A stretch of 64,000 nucleotides of DNA from an uncultured bacterium (GCA_963713855.1 OY970209.1:1457902-1521901), one strand, 5' to 3'; shown: positions 30,108 through 39,263, numbered from the stretch's first letter. Translations and numbers: made by a program. The notes: generated by a model not told the origin, from the sequence alone.

Positions 30108-32384
30108 TTAACGCCCCAACCAATATCCTAGCTTTGTAATGATTTTGTATACCTTACTTAGAGATGACATGCTTTCTCTGTAAAGAGATTCTTGCTGACG
30201 AATCCACTTAAAATCAAGCTGTTTTAATGACCATATATGAGGGCTTTTTGCAGTCTCATCTAGAAGTAGATTATAGCAACAAAGAGCTTCTTGCTCATGA
30301 TAGTTTGATAACGTGCTAGAAACTTCTTGTGCTTCAAATTCATCAAGGTGAAAGTTAAGCTGCTTAATTAATTCCCTTATTGTAAGCATAGTAATATGAG
30401 TATCATTATAATATTCATACCAGGCTGCATAATAAGTTTCCTGCATCCAAAGAAAATTAATCTCGGCAAAGGAAACTGCTGGAGATTGACCCAAAAGCTC
30501 TCTAAGCAGATTGTAATTATAAAGAGCTTGTAATTCATAATCAGCAGGCTTAGAGATAACACGCTCCATTTCGCGTTGAGCAATATAGTAAAAGTGCTTT
30601 ATAGATGAAAAAAGCATATTTACTTGCGCGTAAAGAGTTGTTAATCCCTCTCTCTGCCAGCTGGCCTCAACATGCATTTTCCACTGTTTGAAAGATTCTG
30701 TTGTTGCATCTTGTTGCCATATTTGCTGCGCTTTTGAAAAAACTTCATTATTGACAGCATCTTTAGATGATGCAGCAAAAGCGATGCTTGGTTTGTGTGC
30801 TTGAATGTCTTTCTTTGAATACCATTCATCAAATGCTTGATTAATATCTAGACCCTTATCCACCAAGAAACCTATCATATAGAGTGCTCTCTCAAAGTTT
30901 GAAGGATGCTCATCTTCATTGCCATACGCAGTGATATAATTTGATAAAGCATAAAGTTCAATAGTTGCTAAAATAGGATCTAACTTGCCAAGCTTCAGAA
31001 GCTTATCACATGCAAAGAGGTCTGCTTGCTGCTCATACTCTCGCGCAAGAGTTGTTTTCTTGTATTCGTAATCATTCAGAGGAAGCACCCATAATGGCAA
31101 CATACTTGATACTATACTGTTAATAGTTTTTCCCAAGCGTGTTTTATTGGTAAAAGCTTTTTTTCCTATATTGATAAATTTGCTAATCTTCTCTCTCCCT
31201 TGGATAAAATCATCGCTGGATAGCAGTAAATCAATTTCTTCTAGAGAAATAGTGTTATTCCGCATTTCAGGAGTTTTATCATGCTTAAGCATGATGTGTC
31301 CGAGTTCATGGTAAAATACTTTATATTGGTGATTATGCTCATTCGCCAATCCTAAAACAATATAAAAGTTTATTCCATTACCATAGGCATTTGTTCCGCC
31401 TTTCCCTTTACGTACAGCTAAAACAATACTATCATCTAGATGAAATGCTTCTCGTGCTTCTGTCAAAATATTTTCTAAAATATCTGGTGCTAATTCATAA
31501 TGATATTTTTCAAGAAATTCGTTAAGTAAAGCTTCTTTTCTTATACTTTCAATCCAAGGGTAATCTATTTCGGTAATGGTTTTAGCATTGTCCAAATGTA
31601 ACATTTCTCGCAACAAATTATAGCAATAAAGAAATCTCTTTTTAAAAAAAAGATTGTTTGAATCCGCTCTAAATTCTTTTAAAGCATTTTCTATTTTTAT
31701 TAAAATATCAACTATCTTGCAAGCAAATGACTCTATTTTTCTTTTTTTCCACTCCTGCTTGATTTCGTCATTCCATGTTACATAGACATGATCGTAAAGC
31801 CAATCGCTATCTATAGTGCTTAAAAAAGTTCGACCAAGCGGAAATTCACTTAGTTCGTTTAGAAGATTATAATTAAAAAGAGCTTGTCGTTTATGGGCAC
31901 CTATGGGTTCATTATTAGAGTTTAAAAAATGATTAAGTGACGTTACCAATTTGTTTTTTTGCTCTTTTTTAGTATCTATCCCTTGTTTTTCCCATATCTG
32001 TTTTTTCTCTTCTTTCCATAGAGGGTATACACAGTCATTAATCCACGTATCATCTATTTGATCTAAGGTGTGTATTAAAGGAAAAGATAAACTTTCTCTT
32101 AAGAAGTTGTATGTTACTAGCACCGCTCCTTGATAAAAGCTATTATTAAGATTTTGCCGTAGAGCGCTTAAATCGTGATCAAAGCGGTAAATCAAGTCCA
32201 GAATACGGTCTTCAGGTGGCTGCTTTGACCAAAAATACTCTAGAGCTTGTTTCCAGTCACTGTAAGAAAATTTTGATGTCTCTGTATATGGTATTGTGTT
32301 TTCTGCTTTTAAGAAAGAGGGTAACGTATATAAGCCAATGGAAAACAAAAGCGCTATTCCAACTATAAATTCCTTATAATTCAC
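30108..32384 (-). CDS. Secreted zinc metallopeptidase with five YNxLR...D..W repeats
   Basis: YHELGH, EQQADLFA, HPSNFERA; paralogous to 17258-18499. Confidence 0.7.
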   Translation of the reverse strand: MNYKEFIVGIALLFSIGLYTLPSFLKAENTIPYTETSKFSYSDWKQALEYFWSKQPPEDRILDLIYRFDHDLSALRQNLNNSFYQGAVLVTYNFLRESLSFPLIHTLDQIDDTWINDCVYPLWKEEKKQIWEKQGIDTKKEQKNKLVTSLNHFLNSNNEPIGAHKRQALFNYNLLNELSEFPLGRTFLSTIDSDWLYDHVYVTWNDEIKQEWKKRKIESFACKIVDILIKIENALKEFRADSNNLFFKKRFLYCYNLLREMLHLDNAKTITEIDYPWIESIRKEALLNEFLEKYHYELAPDILENILTEAREAFHLDDSIVLAVRKGKGGTNAYGNGINFYIVLGLANEHNHQYKVFYHELGHIMLKHDKTPEMRNNTISLEEIDLLLSSDDFIQGREKISKFINIGKKAFTNKTRLGKTINSIVSSMLPLWVLPLNDYEYKKTTLAREYEQQADLFACDKLLKLGKLDPILATIELYALSNYITAYGNEDEHPSNFERALYMIGFLVDKGLDINQAFDEWYSKKDIQAHKPSIAFAASSKDAVNNEVFSKAQQIWQQDATTESFKQWKMHVEASWQREGLTTLYAQVNMLFSSIKHFYYIAQREMERVISKPADYELQALYNYNLLRELLGQSPAVSFAEINFLWMQETYYAAWYEYYNDTHITMLTIRELIKQLNFHLDEFEAQEVSSTLSNYHEQEALCCYNLLLDETAKSPHIWSLKQLDFKWIRQQESLYRESMSSLSKVYKIITKLGYWLGR

Positions 32385-32530
32385 TTTTTATCTCCATAAA
32401 GAATTACATTCTTTATTATACCATCAAAAATAAAAACCTGGAATCAAGAATTAGCAAAGCTTTTGTCAATCTATACACTGGAGTTTCATACACAATAATT
32501 TGAACTCGTAATTTAAGGATAAATCCTAAT

Positions 32531-32575
32531 ACAGCTTGATCTTAAGAACTGGCAGTACAAGGCGACGCTATTCAG
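32531..32575 (+). repeat. att repeat R10 (degenerate)
   Basis: ACAGCT...CTGGCAG-TACAAGGCGACGCTATTCAG. Confidence 0.6.
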
Positions 32576-32801
32576 TTTTCTTTAGCGCTTTGAGATTTAT
32601 GTAATCATGTATTAATGTTTCAGTTAATTTCTGCTTTTTATATAAGCAATATTCAAGGCTATCTGCAATTGTTGACAATATATTACTTAGGCATCCAAGC
32701 TCGCTTTCTATGCTTGCTTCACGATAATATAAGTATATCCCATGACGATTTTTGATTATTTCTACAGGTTCGTTCATTAACTTGCTCCTCTTATTTAGCA
32801 A

Positions 32802-32853
32802 TGCCAGCCTTTTAAGCGCTAGCGGCATCTGGTTGACGCATTCAGGAACAGAG
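32802..32853 (+). repeat. att repeat R11, left end of the tRNA-proximal element
   Basis: TGCCAGC-cttttaagc-GCTAGCGG-CATCTGGTTGACGCATTCAGGAACAGAG. Confidence 0.85.
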
Positions 32854-32932
32854 TGATTGAGCCAGAATTACAAAAGGCACCATTTCTCATACATTAGATT
32901 GCTGATGCTCAACTTAAATTTAAGACTTAATA

Positions 32933-33736
32933 TCATAACTCCAACACAGTGGGCACGTCGATCTCTTTAAAGATTATAAAAATACGCTCAAAGCCTTTTT
33001 TTATATGACTATCAATAGCTCTAAGTCTTTTAATTGCCTCTCTATAACTAGACCTGTCAAAGCCTGTTCCACTAGTTATTATTAACCACATAGCTATTGT
33101 GGTATCGTTTACAATAGATCGCAGTTCCTTTGTGCGCTTTAATTCCTTCTTTTCAATCAAGCTCCTTAAATGTTCTGGATCTTCTGGTCCATTTTTAACT
33201 TGTATACGATTAATAAAAAATACTCTGTGCTGGCTAATCCCAGATAAGCTATAATACGGGAACTTAAAAATAAAAGTTTCGTTATACGTTAAAAATCGTG
33301 CTGAATCAATTGCTATTTCATTTATAAAACTCGAAAAGTCCTCCCTAGAAAGATATAATCTCCCGGCTTGAAAACATTTCTTTAAGTAATTCGATAATTT
33401 GTGGGCAAGAAAGTGGCCTCCTCTCCTTCCGATAATAAACTTACTAACGTTTATAAGCAGAGTATATTCATTAGGAACCCAAGCGGAAATCAACTGATTC
33501 AGCTGTTTAATTCGCTTTATATCATTATTGTCGTCTTCTCTCAACTGATTGTGTGAAATCTCAAGATAAACCTGTTTATTATCAATCATCGCAGAGAAAT
33601 CTGGAAATGTTTTAATTCCATTAGGCTCATACTTTTCCTCCTCTATAAGACTCCCTTCTTTATGATGCAAGTGGTTTTTAATGATTTCAAAAGCTTCAAA
33701 TTCTTTTACTTTCGCTTGCGTAAACATTTTCGACAT
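32933..33736 (-). CDS. Hypothetical protein, possible PD-(D/E)xK fold
   Basis: FPDF...VYLEIS motif; weak. Confidence 0.45.
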   Translation of the reverse strand: MSKMFTQAKVKEFEAFEIIKNHLHHKEGSLIEEEKYEPNGIKTFPDFSAMIDNKQVYLEISHNQLREDDNNDIKRIKQLNQLISAWVPNEYTLLINVSKFIIGRRGGHFLAHKLSNYLKKCFQAGRLYLSREDFSSFINEIAIDSARFLTYNETFIFKFPYYSLSGISQHRVFFINRIQVKNGPEDPEHLRSLIEKKELKRTKELRSIVNDTTIAMWLIITSGTGFDRSSYREAIKRLRAIDSHIKKGFERIFIIFKEIDVPTVLEL

Positions 33737-33940
33737 CCTGTATTTTTATGTGCGCTCTAAAAATTACTTTCAATTTCGTAAAAAAGCATTATGGAATTTA
33801 GAAGCTTTCTTACTTAAGTATCAATCTATTTAAGAGTCTTTACTAAAACATGGCATATTTAATCTATGTAAAAGCTCTTAATTGTCCAACTAGCTGTTGG
33901 ACTTTTCATACACAAGATGATAGATAGAAATAAAACGTTA

Positions 33941-34258
33941 ATAAATCTTGCAATCACCATCAAGCATCCATATACTCATCTTTATCTAATAATCACTTCT
34001 TAATGAAGGGTAATCCAATGACTGTACTACTAAAATATAGCGCATATAAGCGTTTAGAAAGTACATTCACACTTGGCTTATATAACCCGCAAGATAGACT
34101 TTGCTTGTTCGAACTACAAGCTTATTCGCATCAACCCGAATGTTAGCTTTCTCTTTAACCGCCAAAGCTTATATAAAACTTTTTTAATACTTAAATAAAG
34201 TCAATAGATGATCAGCACATATCTCTTGTAGTTAAGAGTCGTGAGGAAGACTATGTTT
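33941..34258. repeat. Conserved non-coding backbone segment, copy B
   Basis: Collinear with 15551-15893. Confidence 0.85.
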
Positions 34259-34519
34259 AAAAGAGATCCTCCGGCTAGGCCAAAGGCAATTTTGACCATT
34301 GATCAGCGTAATAAATTTGCACATTTCTTTATCTTGCTTATGACTATTGATAAGCAATTACAAAAGAAAAGCAAATCAAAAGAAATAAAGAAATCAAAAA
34401 TCAAACTAAATGACGAGACAAGCTTCACCACTAGGCGAACCTTGTTTTTCTTACTAGCTTATTTATCTTTAAGTAGTCAAAGAGCTCCCCAACCCTGCAC
34501 TTGTGAGAGAATGCTTTAA
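34253..34519 (+). CDS. Small hypothetical element protein
   Basis: GAGGA RBS and ATG at 34253, both conserved in copy A (ATG 15888). Confidence 0.45.
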   Translation: MFKRDPPARPKAILTIDQRNKFAHFFILLMTIDKQLQKKSKSKEIKKSKIKLNDETSFTTRRTLFFLLAYLSLSSQRAPQPCTCERML

Positions 34520-34741
34520 AGAGTGCATTGTATTTGAAACGAAGCTAAGAAACATCTGACGAATGGACACCATCTTTCACTTTCTATGCTATCGATGAAA
34601 ACTGCCACCAGTAATGGCAGAATTAGAAAGTAGCCTAAGCATCGCATTACCTAACCTAATTACGCAGCAGTTGCTGCGCAATTGATTAAGATTTATCCTT
34701 AGCTGAATGATTCGCAAAGAGAGGAATCGATAAAGTAATTT

Positions 34742-35859
34742 ATGATAGATACTGTCGTTTTAATACTGAGCCAAGATATGTATCATATCAGTGAGCCTGA
34801 TAAGTTTGTACCATCTGCTCGATGGATTGGCAATCCATCGCCAGCTCTTCATGGTATTTGCTCTAAGCAAAACCCCACTAAAAAAGAGCTGTTAAGTCGC
34901 ATATATAAGCCACGCCTTCTCTTTCATATCACTATAACAAGGAAAGCAAACAAGAAATAACACTTAAAATTGAGCTTTCATTACCCAAACTAGTTTTTGG
35001 CAATAACTTCAATGAGCTCATGCGTAAAGACTTTACCTCAATACTACAAAAGCTAGTTTATGTGCTCAAAGAAATGGGAGTCATAGTAACCGAAGAAGTG
35101 CTCACGAAGGCGCCTGTTTCCGCTATTCATTATTCTAAGAATATTCCCTTAACTGACGGTTCTTTACCTTACCATTTCATTAACAAAGCCAAAGAAGCCA
35201 ATCTTAAGTTGTCACTAGATACTAATCAAACAGATTATAGCGATGGTCATAGCTATAAATGGCATTGTAATTCCTATGAAGTTGTCTTTTACGACAAGAT
35301 CAAAGACCTTGAAATGGCTAAAAAGAGTAGTAAGCGTGCATTAGAAAAGGACAGTGATGTACAGCTCAATCTTTTCGAAGCTTTGCGTAAAAGAAAGAAG
35401 TTTGAAGTTTTACGCATAGAAGTTCGGCTTAATAAGCGCCAGAAAATGAAGCAGCTTTTTAAAGATCTTGAGATTATATCAAACCTCACTTTGAAGAGTT
35501 TGTTCAAGCCGGCTATCTCCAAAAAAGTTTTATTACATTACCTTGATGAGTTAGAAAGGAAAAGGCCGGCTTTGCTTGATTATAGAACATCAAGTGATCA
35601 AGCACTCTTAGCTGCTTTAGTTATTAATAACTCCAAGCTGAATCCGAAAGCTGTCCTTCAAATGTTCGGCCTAAAAAAAGCTTTAGAAACAGTTACAGCT
35701 CGTGAGCTGAGAATTATCTTTGCTAAACATCATTCAAGAAGCTGGAATCGCCTTATAGCTGACGTTCAGAAGCTAAAGCTCCCTATAGCACAACGTTCTT
35801 TGACAGTTCTAAGGGATTTGATCAAAACTAAGCCCTTAAGATTACCAATCTTGCGTTAA
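34742..35859 (+). pseudogene. Phage/plasmid replication initiator (gene II/X-like), one frameshift near 34918
   Basis: MIDTV...; joined frame gives ELSLPKLVFGNNF; later IHYSKNI, FYDK and LRIEVRL motifs. Confidence 0.6.
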
Positions 35860-35879
35860 TGTAACTTTTATATTACACT
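35851..35879 (+). promoter_or_regulatory. TA promoter/operator (probably leaderless)
   Basis: TTGCGT-17nt-TACACT, 6 nt before the ATG; TGTAA...TTACA inverted repeat between the boxes. Confidence 0.45.
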
Positions 35880-35885
35880 TATAGC

Positions 35886-36215
35886 ATGAGCTTGATAAAA
35901 ATTATTATTTACTCTACAAACACAGGCAAAGAGCCTTATTCCGAGTGGGAAGATGGACTTGATAAGATGGCAGTAGCTATCGTTAAAAACAGATTAGACC
36001 GGATTCGCCTTGGTAATTTTGGTGATGCTAAAATGATCAAGGAAGGAGAGGGAATTTGGGAACTGCGCATCGATTTTGGTCCAGGCTATAGGATTTATTT
36101 TGGAAAGAAGGGAAAAAAAATCATTATCTTATTAGTGGGTGGTGAAAAAAGGAGTCAAAGCCGCGATATTGAAAAAGCAAAGCGGTATTGGCTTGACTGC
36201 GAGGGGTTATTATGA
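35886..36215 (+). CDS. RelE/ParE (HigB-type) toxin
   Basis: RLDRIRLGNFGDAK...GIWELRIDFGPGYRIYF...GGEKRSQSRDI. Confidence 0.9.
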   Translation: MSLIKIIIYSTNTGKEPYSEWEDGLDKMAVAIVKNRLDRIRLGNFGDAKMIKEGEGIWELRIDFGPGYRIYFGKKGKKIIILLVGGEKRSQSRDIEKAKRYWLDCEGLL

Positions 36216-36514
36216 AAAGAAGATTTAGGGATTATCAAGAAAAACTTTACGAAGACTTAAAAGACTCAGAATTAGCTAGCGCCTATCTTAACGTAGCGCT
36301 TATGGACGAAGATCCACGCATCTTTTTACTTGCATTAAAGAATGTTTATGAGGCTCAAGGTGGAGAAATGGCTGATCTTGCTCGAAAGACAAAATTAAGT
36401 CGCGAAAATCTTTATCGCATTCTTTCGGAAAAAGGCAATCCCAAGCTCACGAGTATCGTATCTTTGCTTAATGCTGTAGGATTCTCTCTTGCCGTGCAAC
36501 CTCGTAAGAAATAA
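36212..36514 (+). CDS. Addiction-module antidote HTH antitoxin
   Basis: ATGA overlap with the toxin; LARKTKLSRENLYRILSEKGNP. Confidence 0.9.
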   Translation: MKRRFRDYQEKLYEDLKDSELASAYLNVALMDEDPRIFLLALKNVYEAQGGEMADLARKTKLSRENLYRILSEKGNPKLTSIVSLLNAVGFSLAVQPRKK

Positions 36515-36564
36515 CCTTTGTAAGATAAACCATAAGCGTCAAAAAACAGATTTTAGTTTTTAAA

Positions 36565-36936
36565 TTATTTACAGAATAAGTTATCAAGATAGTTGTTAAC
36601 CTCTTTCAACCCACTTACTAAGGATGAAGGCAAAAGCTTTTTAGCAGCTTCTCGGCTCATGCCAGCTTTACTTATTCCTTCAAAATGTAAATGTTCTAGG
36701 TAGGACACATAGAAAGCATTTTTCAATTCTGGGTCGGCAATTCTAAAGAAACGATCAGCTATTTTGAAGTATTTTTTTAATAACTCAAAATTGCTCGAAT
36801 CAATTGCTTTTTGTGTAGCGTTAGCAAAGCGAGACATTTCGAGATGGCATAATCCAGCAATTGTTTTATCTTGGAGCTCATGTTGTAATTCAGGGAATTC
36901 ATGAGATAGCAATTCGAAAAAATCTCTACAAGTCAT
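36565..36936 (-). CDS. Hypothetical protein (immunity-like)
   Basis: EFPEL...LKNAFYVSYLEHL. Confidence 0.5.
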   Translation of the reverse strand: MTCRDFFELLSHEFPELQHELQDKTIAGLCHLEMSRFANATQKAIDSSNFELLKKYFKIADRFFRIADPELKNAFYVSYLEHLHFEGISKAGMSREAAKKLLPSSLVSGLKEVNNYLDNLFCK

Positions 36937-37004
36937 CTTTTATACCTTTTCATAGTAGGCAGTCTTAAGTTCATTTTATTGCTTGATGAATTTTAACACA
37001 AAAG

Positions 37005-37438
37005 TTCAAGATGGCTTAGAAAGCCCAAGGTCGTTTATAATTGAAAGAAGGATGGGATTATTAAGTTCATGGTAGCAATATGCTTCAAAGTATTCTTTAA
37101 TAAGTGTTATTTCTTGAGGATCCCATGCCAGCCATTCAGCCTTGATAAAGAGCAACTTTAAGACAACAAAGAAGAGTTATTCTTGAAGCGAAGCCATTCT
37201 GGGATGCTAACTCAAGCACACGAGGCAAAAGTCGAGCTAAATTAGATTTTGATCCAGATGTGGTCATCCCATCTTTCAGGAAAACTGAAACATCCCAATA
37301 ATTAAGCGATTTTAGATCTAGAGCATTCAGATTATCTAGCGTATCCTGGTCAATGCAGCATGGACAGACATTTTCGATAAGAATTTGTGGATAGATACTA
37401 AAAATCAGATAAGCTTTTTCAAAATCAAAATACAGCAT
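37005..37438 (-). pseudogene. Hypothetical protein, frameshifted
   Basis: LLPRVLEL; continues in another frame as KAEWLAWDPQEITLIKEYF. Confidence 0.45.
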
Positions 37439-37534
37439 GATTTTTGGTCTTTGGCGTTTATTGACATTAAGATTTAAGATGTAGCGCTTTACTTGAAAAT
37501 ATCAAGCTCAAAACAGAAATAAAAGAGACTAAAT

Positions 37535-38992
37535 ATGAAAGCCATACTTATCGCTCGCGTGAGCACAGAAGAACAAAAAGAAGCAGGTAATTCTTTACCA
37601 GCTCAAATTTCACGCCTTAAAAGCTATTGTGAAAGTAGAGATTTTGAGGTTATACGTACTTGTAGCTTTGATGAAAGTGCTTACTCTAATGACCGTTCTG
37701 AGTTTGACCGTATTATTGATTTTATCTTAAAGCAAAAAGAAAGGGTTGCTGTCTGCGCTGATAAAGTTGATAGGCTTTCGCGTAATGTCTTTGATAAACG
37801 CATCTCTGTTTTATATGAAAAAGCACTGAGCGATGAAATAGAACTGCATTTTGTATCGGATGGTCAGGTTATTAATAGCCGTATATCAGCCGTTGAGAAG
37901 TTTCAGTTTAGTATTAGCTTAGGCCTTGCCAAGTATTATTCTGATGCCATAAGCGATAACGTTAAAGCGTGCCCACGAACAAAAGCTACGTAAAGGTGAA
38001 TGGCTTGCTAAAGCGCCTTATGGTTATAGAAATGTAAAGAATGCGAATGGCAATACTGACATTATCATTGACGATTATGCTTCTCAAATCGTTAAAAAGA
38101 CGTTTGAATTGTATGCGACTGGCTCTTATTCAATGGAATTGCTCTGTAAAAAGCTTAAGAATGATTATGGCCTTGAGTGGCCAAAAGGCTATTTAGGTAA
38201 ACTCCTTGATAATCCTTTTTACTACGGCGTTATGGTCATCAAAGGGAAGGAATATCCTCATCGATACCCAACTGTTATTACCCAAGCTCTTTTTGAGGAA
38301 GTACAGAGCATCAAAGAGGGATTTAAGAAACAGCCTTTTAAGTACGCAGGTAAGCCATACGTCTATCGAGGTCTTTTACGTTGTGGCCACTGCGGATTAG
38401 CCATAACACCGGAAAAGCATAAAGGATTCGTATATTACCATTGCACGCAGTATAAAGGTAAGCACGGAGCAAAATGGCTTCGGGAAGAGGAAATCACGCG
38501 CCAATTAGTAAAGTTTTTAGGAATCTTCAAATACCAGAGTACATCCTAACAGAAATTACTCATACGCTCGATACTCTTCATAAGGATAAAATAGATTTTC
38601 ATAACAAAGAGTTCGATAAGCTTACTACTGAACAGAAAACACTTACTAAGATGATTGATAATCTTTATATAGATAAACTCAAGGGGAGAATTACTGAGAG
38701 CGACTATGACAGATTTTACCAGTCTCTTAAAGATCAAAGCATTGATATTACTATTAGACTTGAGCAACTTCAAGAGGCTGAAGATAACTACTACCTTACA
38801 GCAAAATGCCTTCTGGGTTTGGCTAATCGAGCATTATGAATTTTTACGAGTTCTGAAGTTGAAGAAAAACGGCAGGTTATGAAACTTGTACTATCGAACG
38901 TCAGGATAGAAGCTGGAAAAGTGCTCTACGACGTTCAATCACCATTTGATTTCATCCTAAAATGTTCGGATCGTCAACTATGGCGGGGCTAA
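37535..38992 (+). pseudogene. Large serine recombinase (integrase), three apparent frameshifts (~37970, ~38510, ~38835)
   Basis: ARVSTEEQ catalytic Ser, DKVDRLSR, APYGY, NPFYYG, zinc ribbon CGHCG...YYHC, coiled coil; ends ...DRQLWRG* inside the tRNA. Confidence 0.9.
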
Positions 38993-39057
38993 CGAGACTC
39001 GAACTCGCGACCTTCCGCGTGACAGGCGGACGCTCTAACCAACTGAGCTATAGCCCC
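38981..39057 (-). tRNA. tRNA-Asp(GTC), integration target
   Basis: GGGGCTATAGCTCAG...GCCTGTCACGC...GTTCGAGTC...CCCCGCCA cloverleaf. Confidence 0.95.
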
Positions 39058-39099
39058 TTAAGAAATTTTTGGCTTGCCATACAAGGCCTCGGCGTAGTA

Positions 39100-39173
39100 T
39101 GGCTCCCCGGGCTGGATTCGAACCAGCGACCTCCGATTAACAGTCGGGCGCTCTACCACTGAGCTACCGAGGA
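39100..39173 (-). tRNA. tRNA-Asn(GTT)
   Basis: TCCTCGGTAGCTCAG...CTGTTAA...TTCGAATC...GGAGCCA. Confidence 0.95.
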
Positions 39174-39187
39174 AAACAGAATTCTTC

Positions 39188-39263
39188 TGGTGGGCGGTGC
39201 AGGACTCGAACCTGCGACCCCCAGTTTGTAAGACTGATGCTCTACCAGCTGAGCTAACCGCCC
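39188..39263 (-). tRNA. tRNA-Val(TAC)
   Basis: GGGCGGTTAGCTCAG...CTTACAA...TTCGAGTC...CCCACCA. Confidence 0.95.

Larger units (their letters stand above)
32820..38986 (+). mobile_element. ~6.2 kb integrative element (Rep + TA + large serine recombinase) inserted at the tRNA-Asp 3' end
   Basis: Bounded by R11 and the TGGCGG end of tRNA-Asp; carries rep and recombinase genes. Confidence 0.8.

Noticed and set aside
12231..32853. Repeats as a CRISPR array
   Set aside because: Spacing is 0.27-7 kb and contains whole genes; no cas genes in the window
34631..34650. TAGCCTAAGCATCGCATTAC as another att copy
   Set aside because: Only a partial match to the right arm with no adjacent TGGCGG core; may be chance
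12231..38992. Classical integron with attC sites
   Set aside because: No tyrosine recombinase in the window, and the repeats lack RYYYAAC/GTTRRRY ends; they are tied to a serine recombinase and the tRNA end
34742..38992. Frameshifts as general sequencing error
   Set aside because: Long core genes (dnaE, ruvB, rodA, PhoH-like) are intact and the lesions cluster in mobile or dispensable genes; not fully excluded without reads
38962..39162. 66 aa ORF (and likewise 58968-59219)
   Set aside because: Shadow ORFs over tRNA genes
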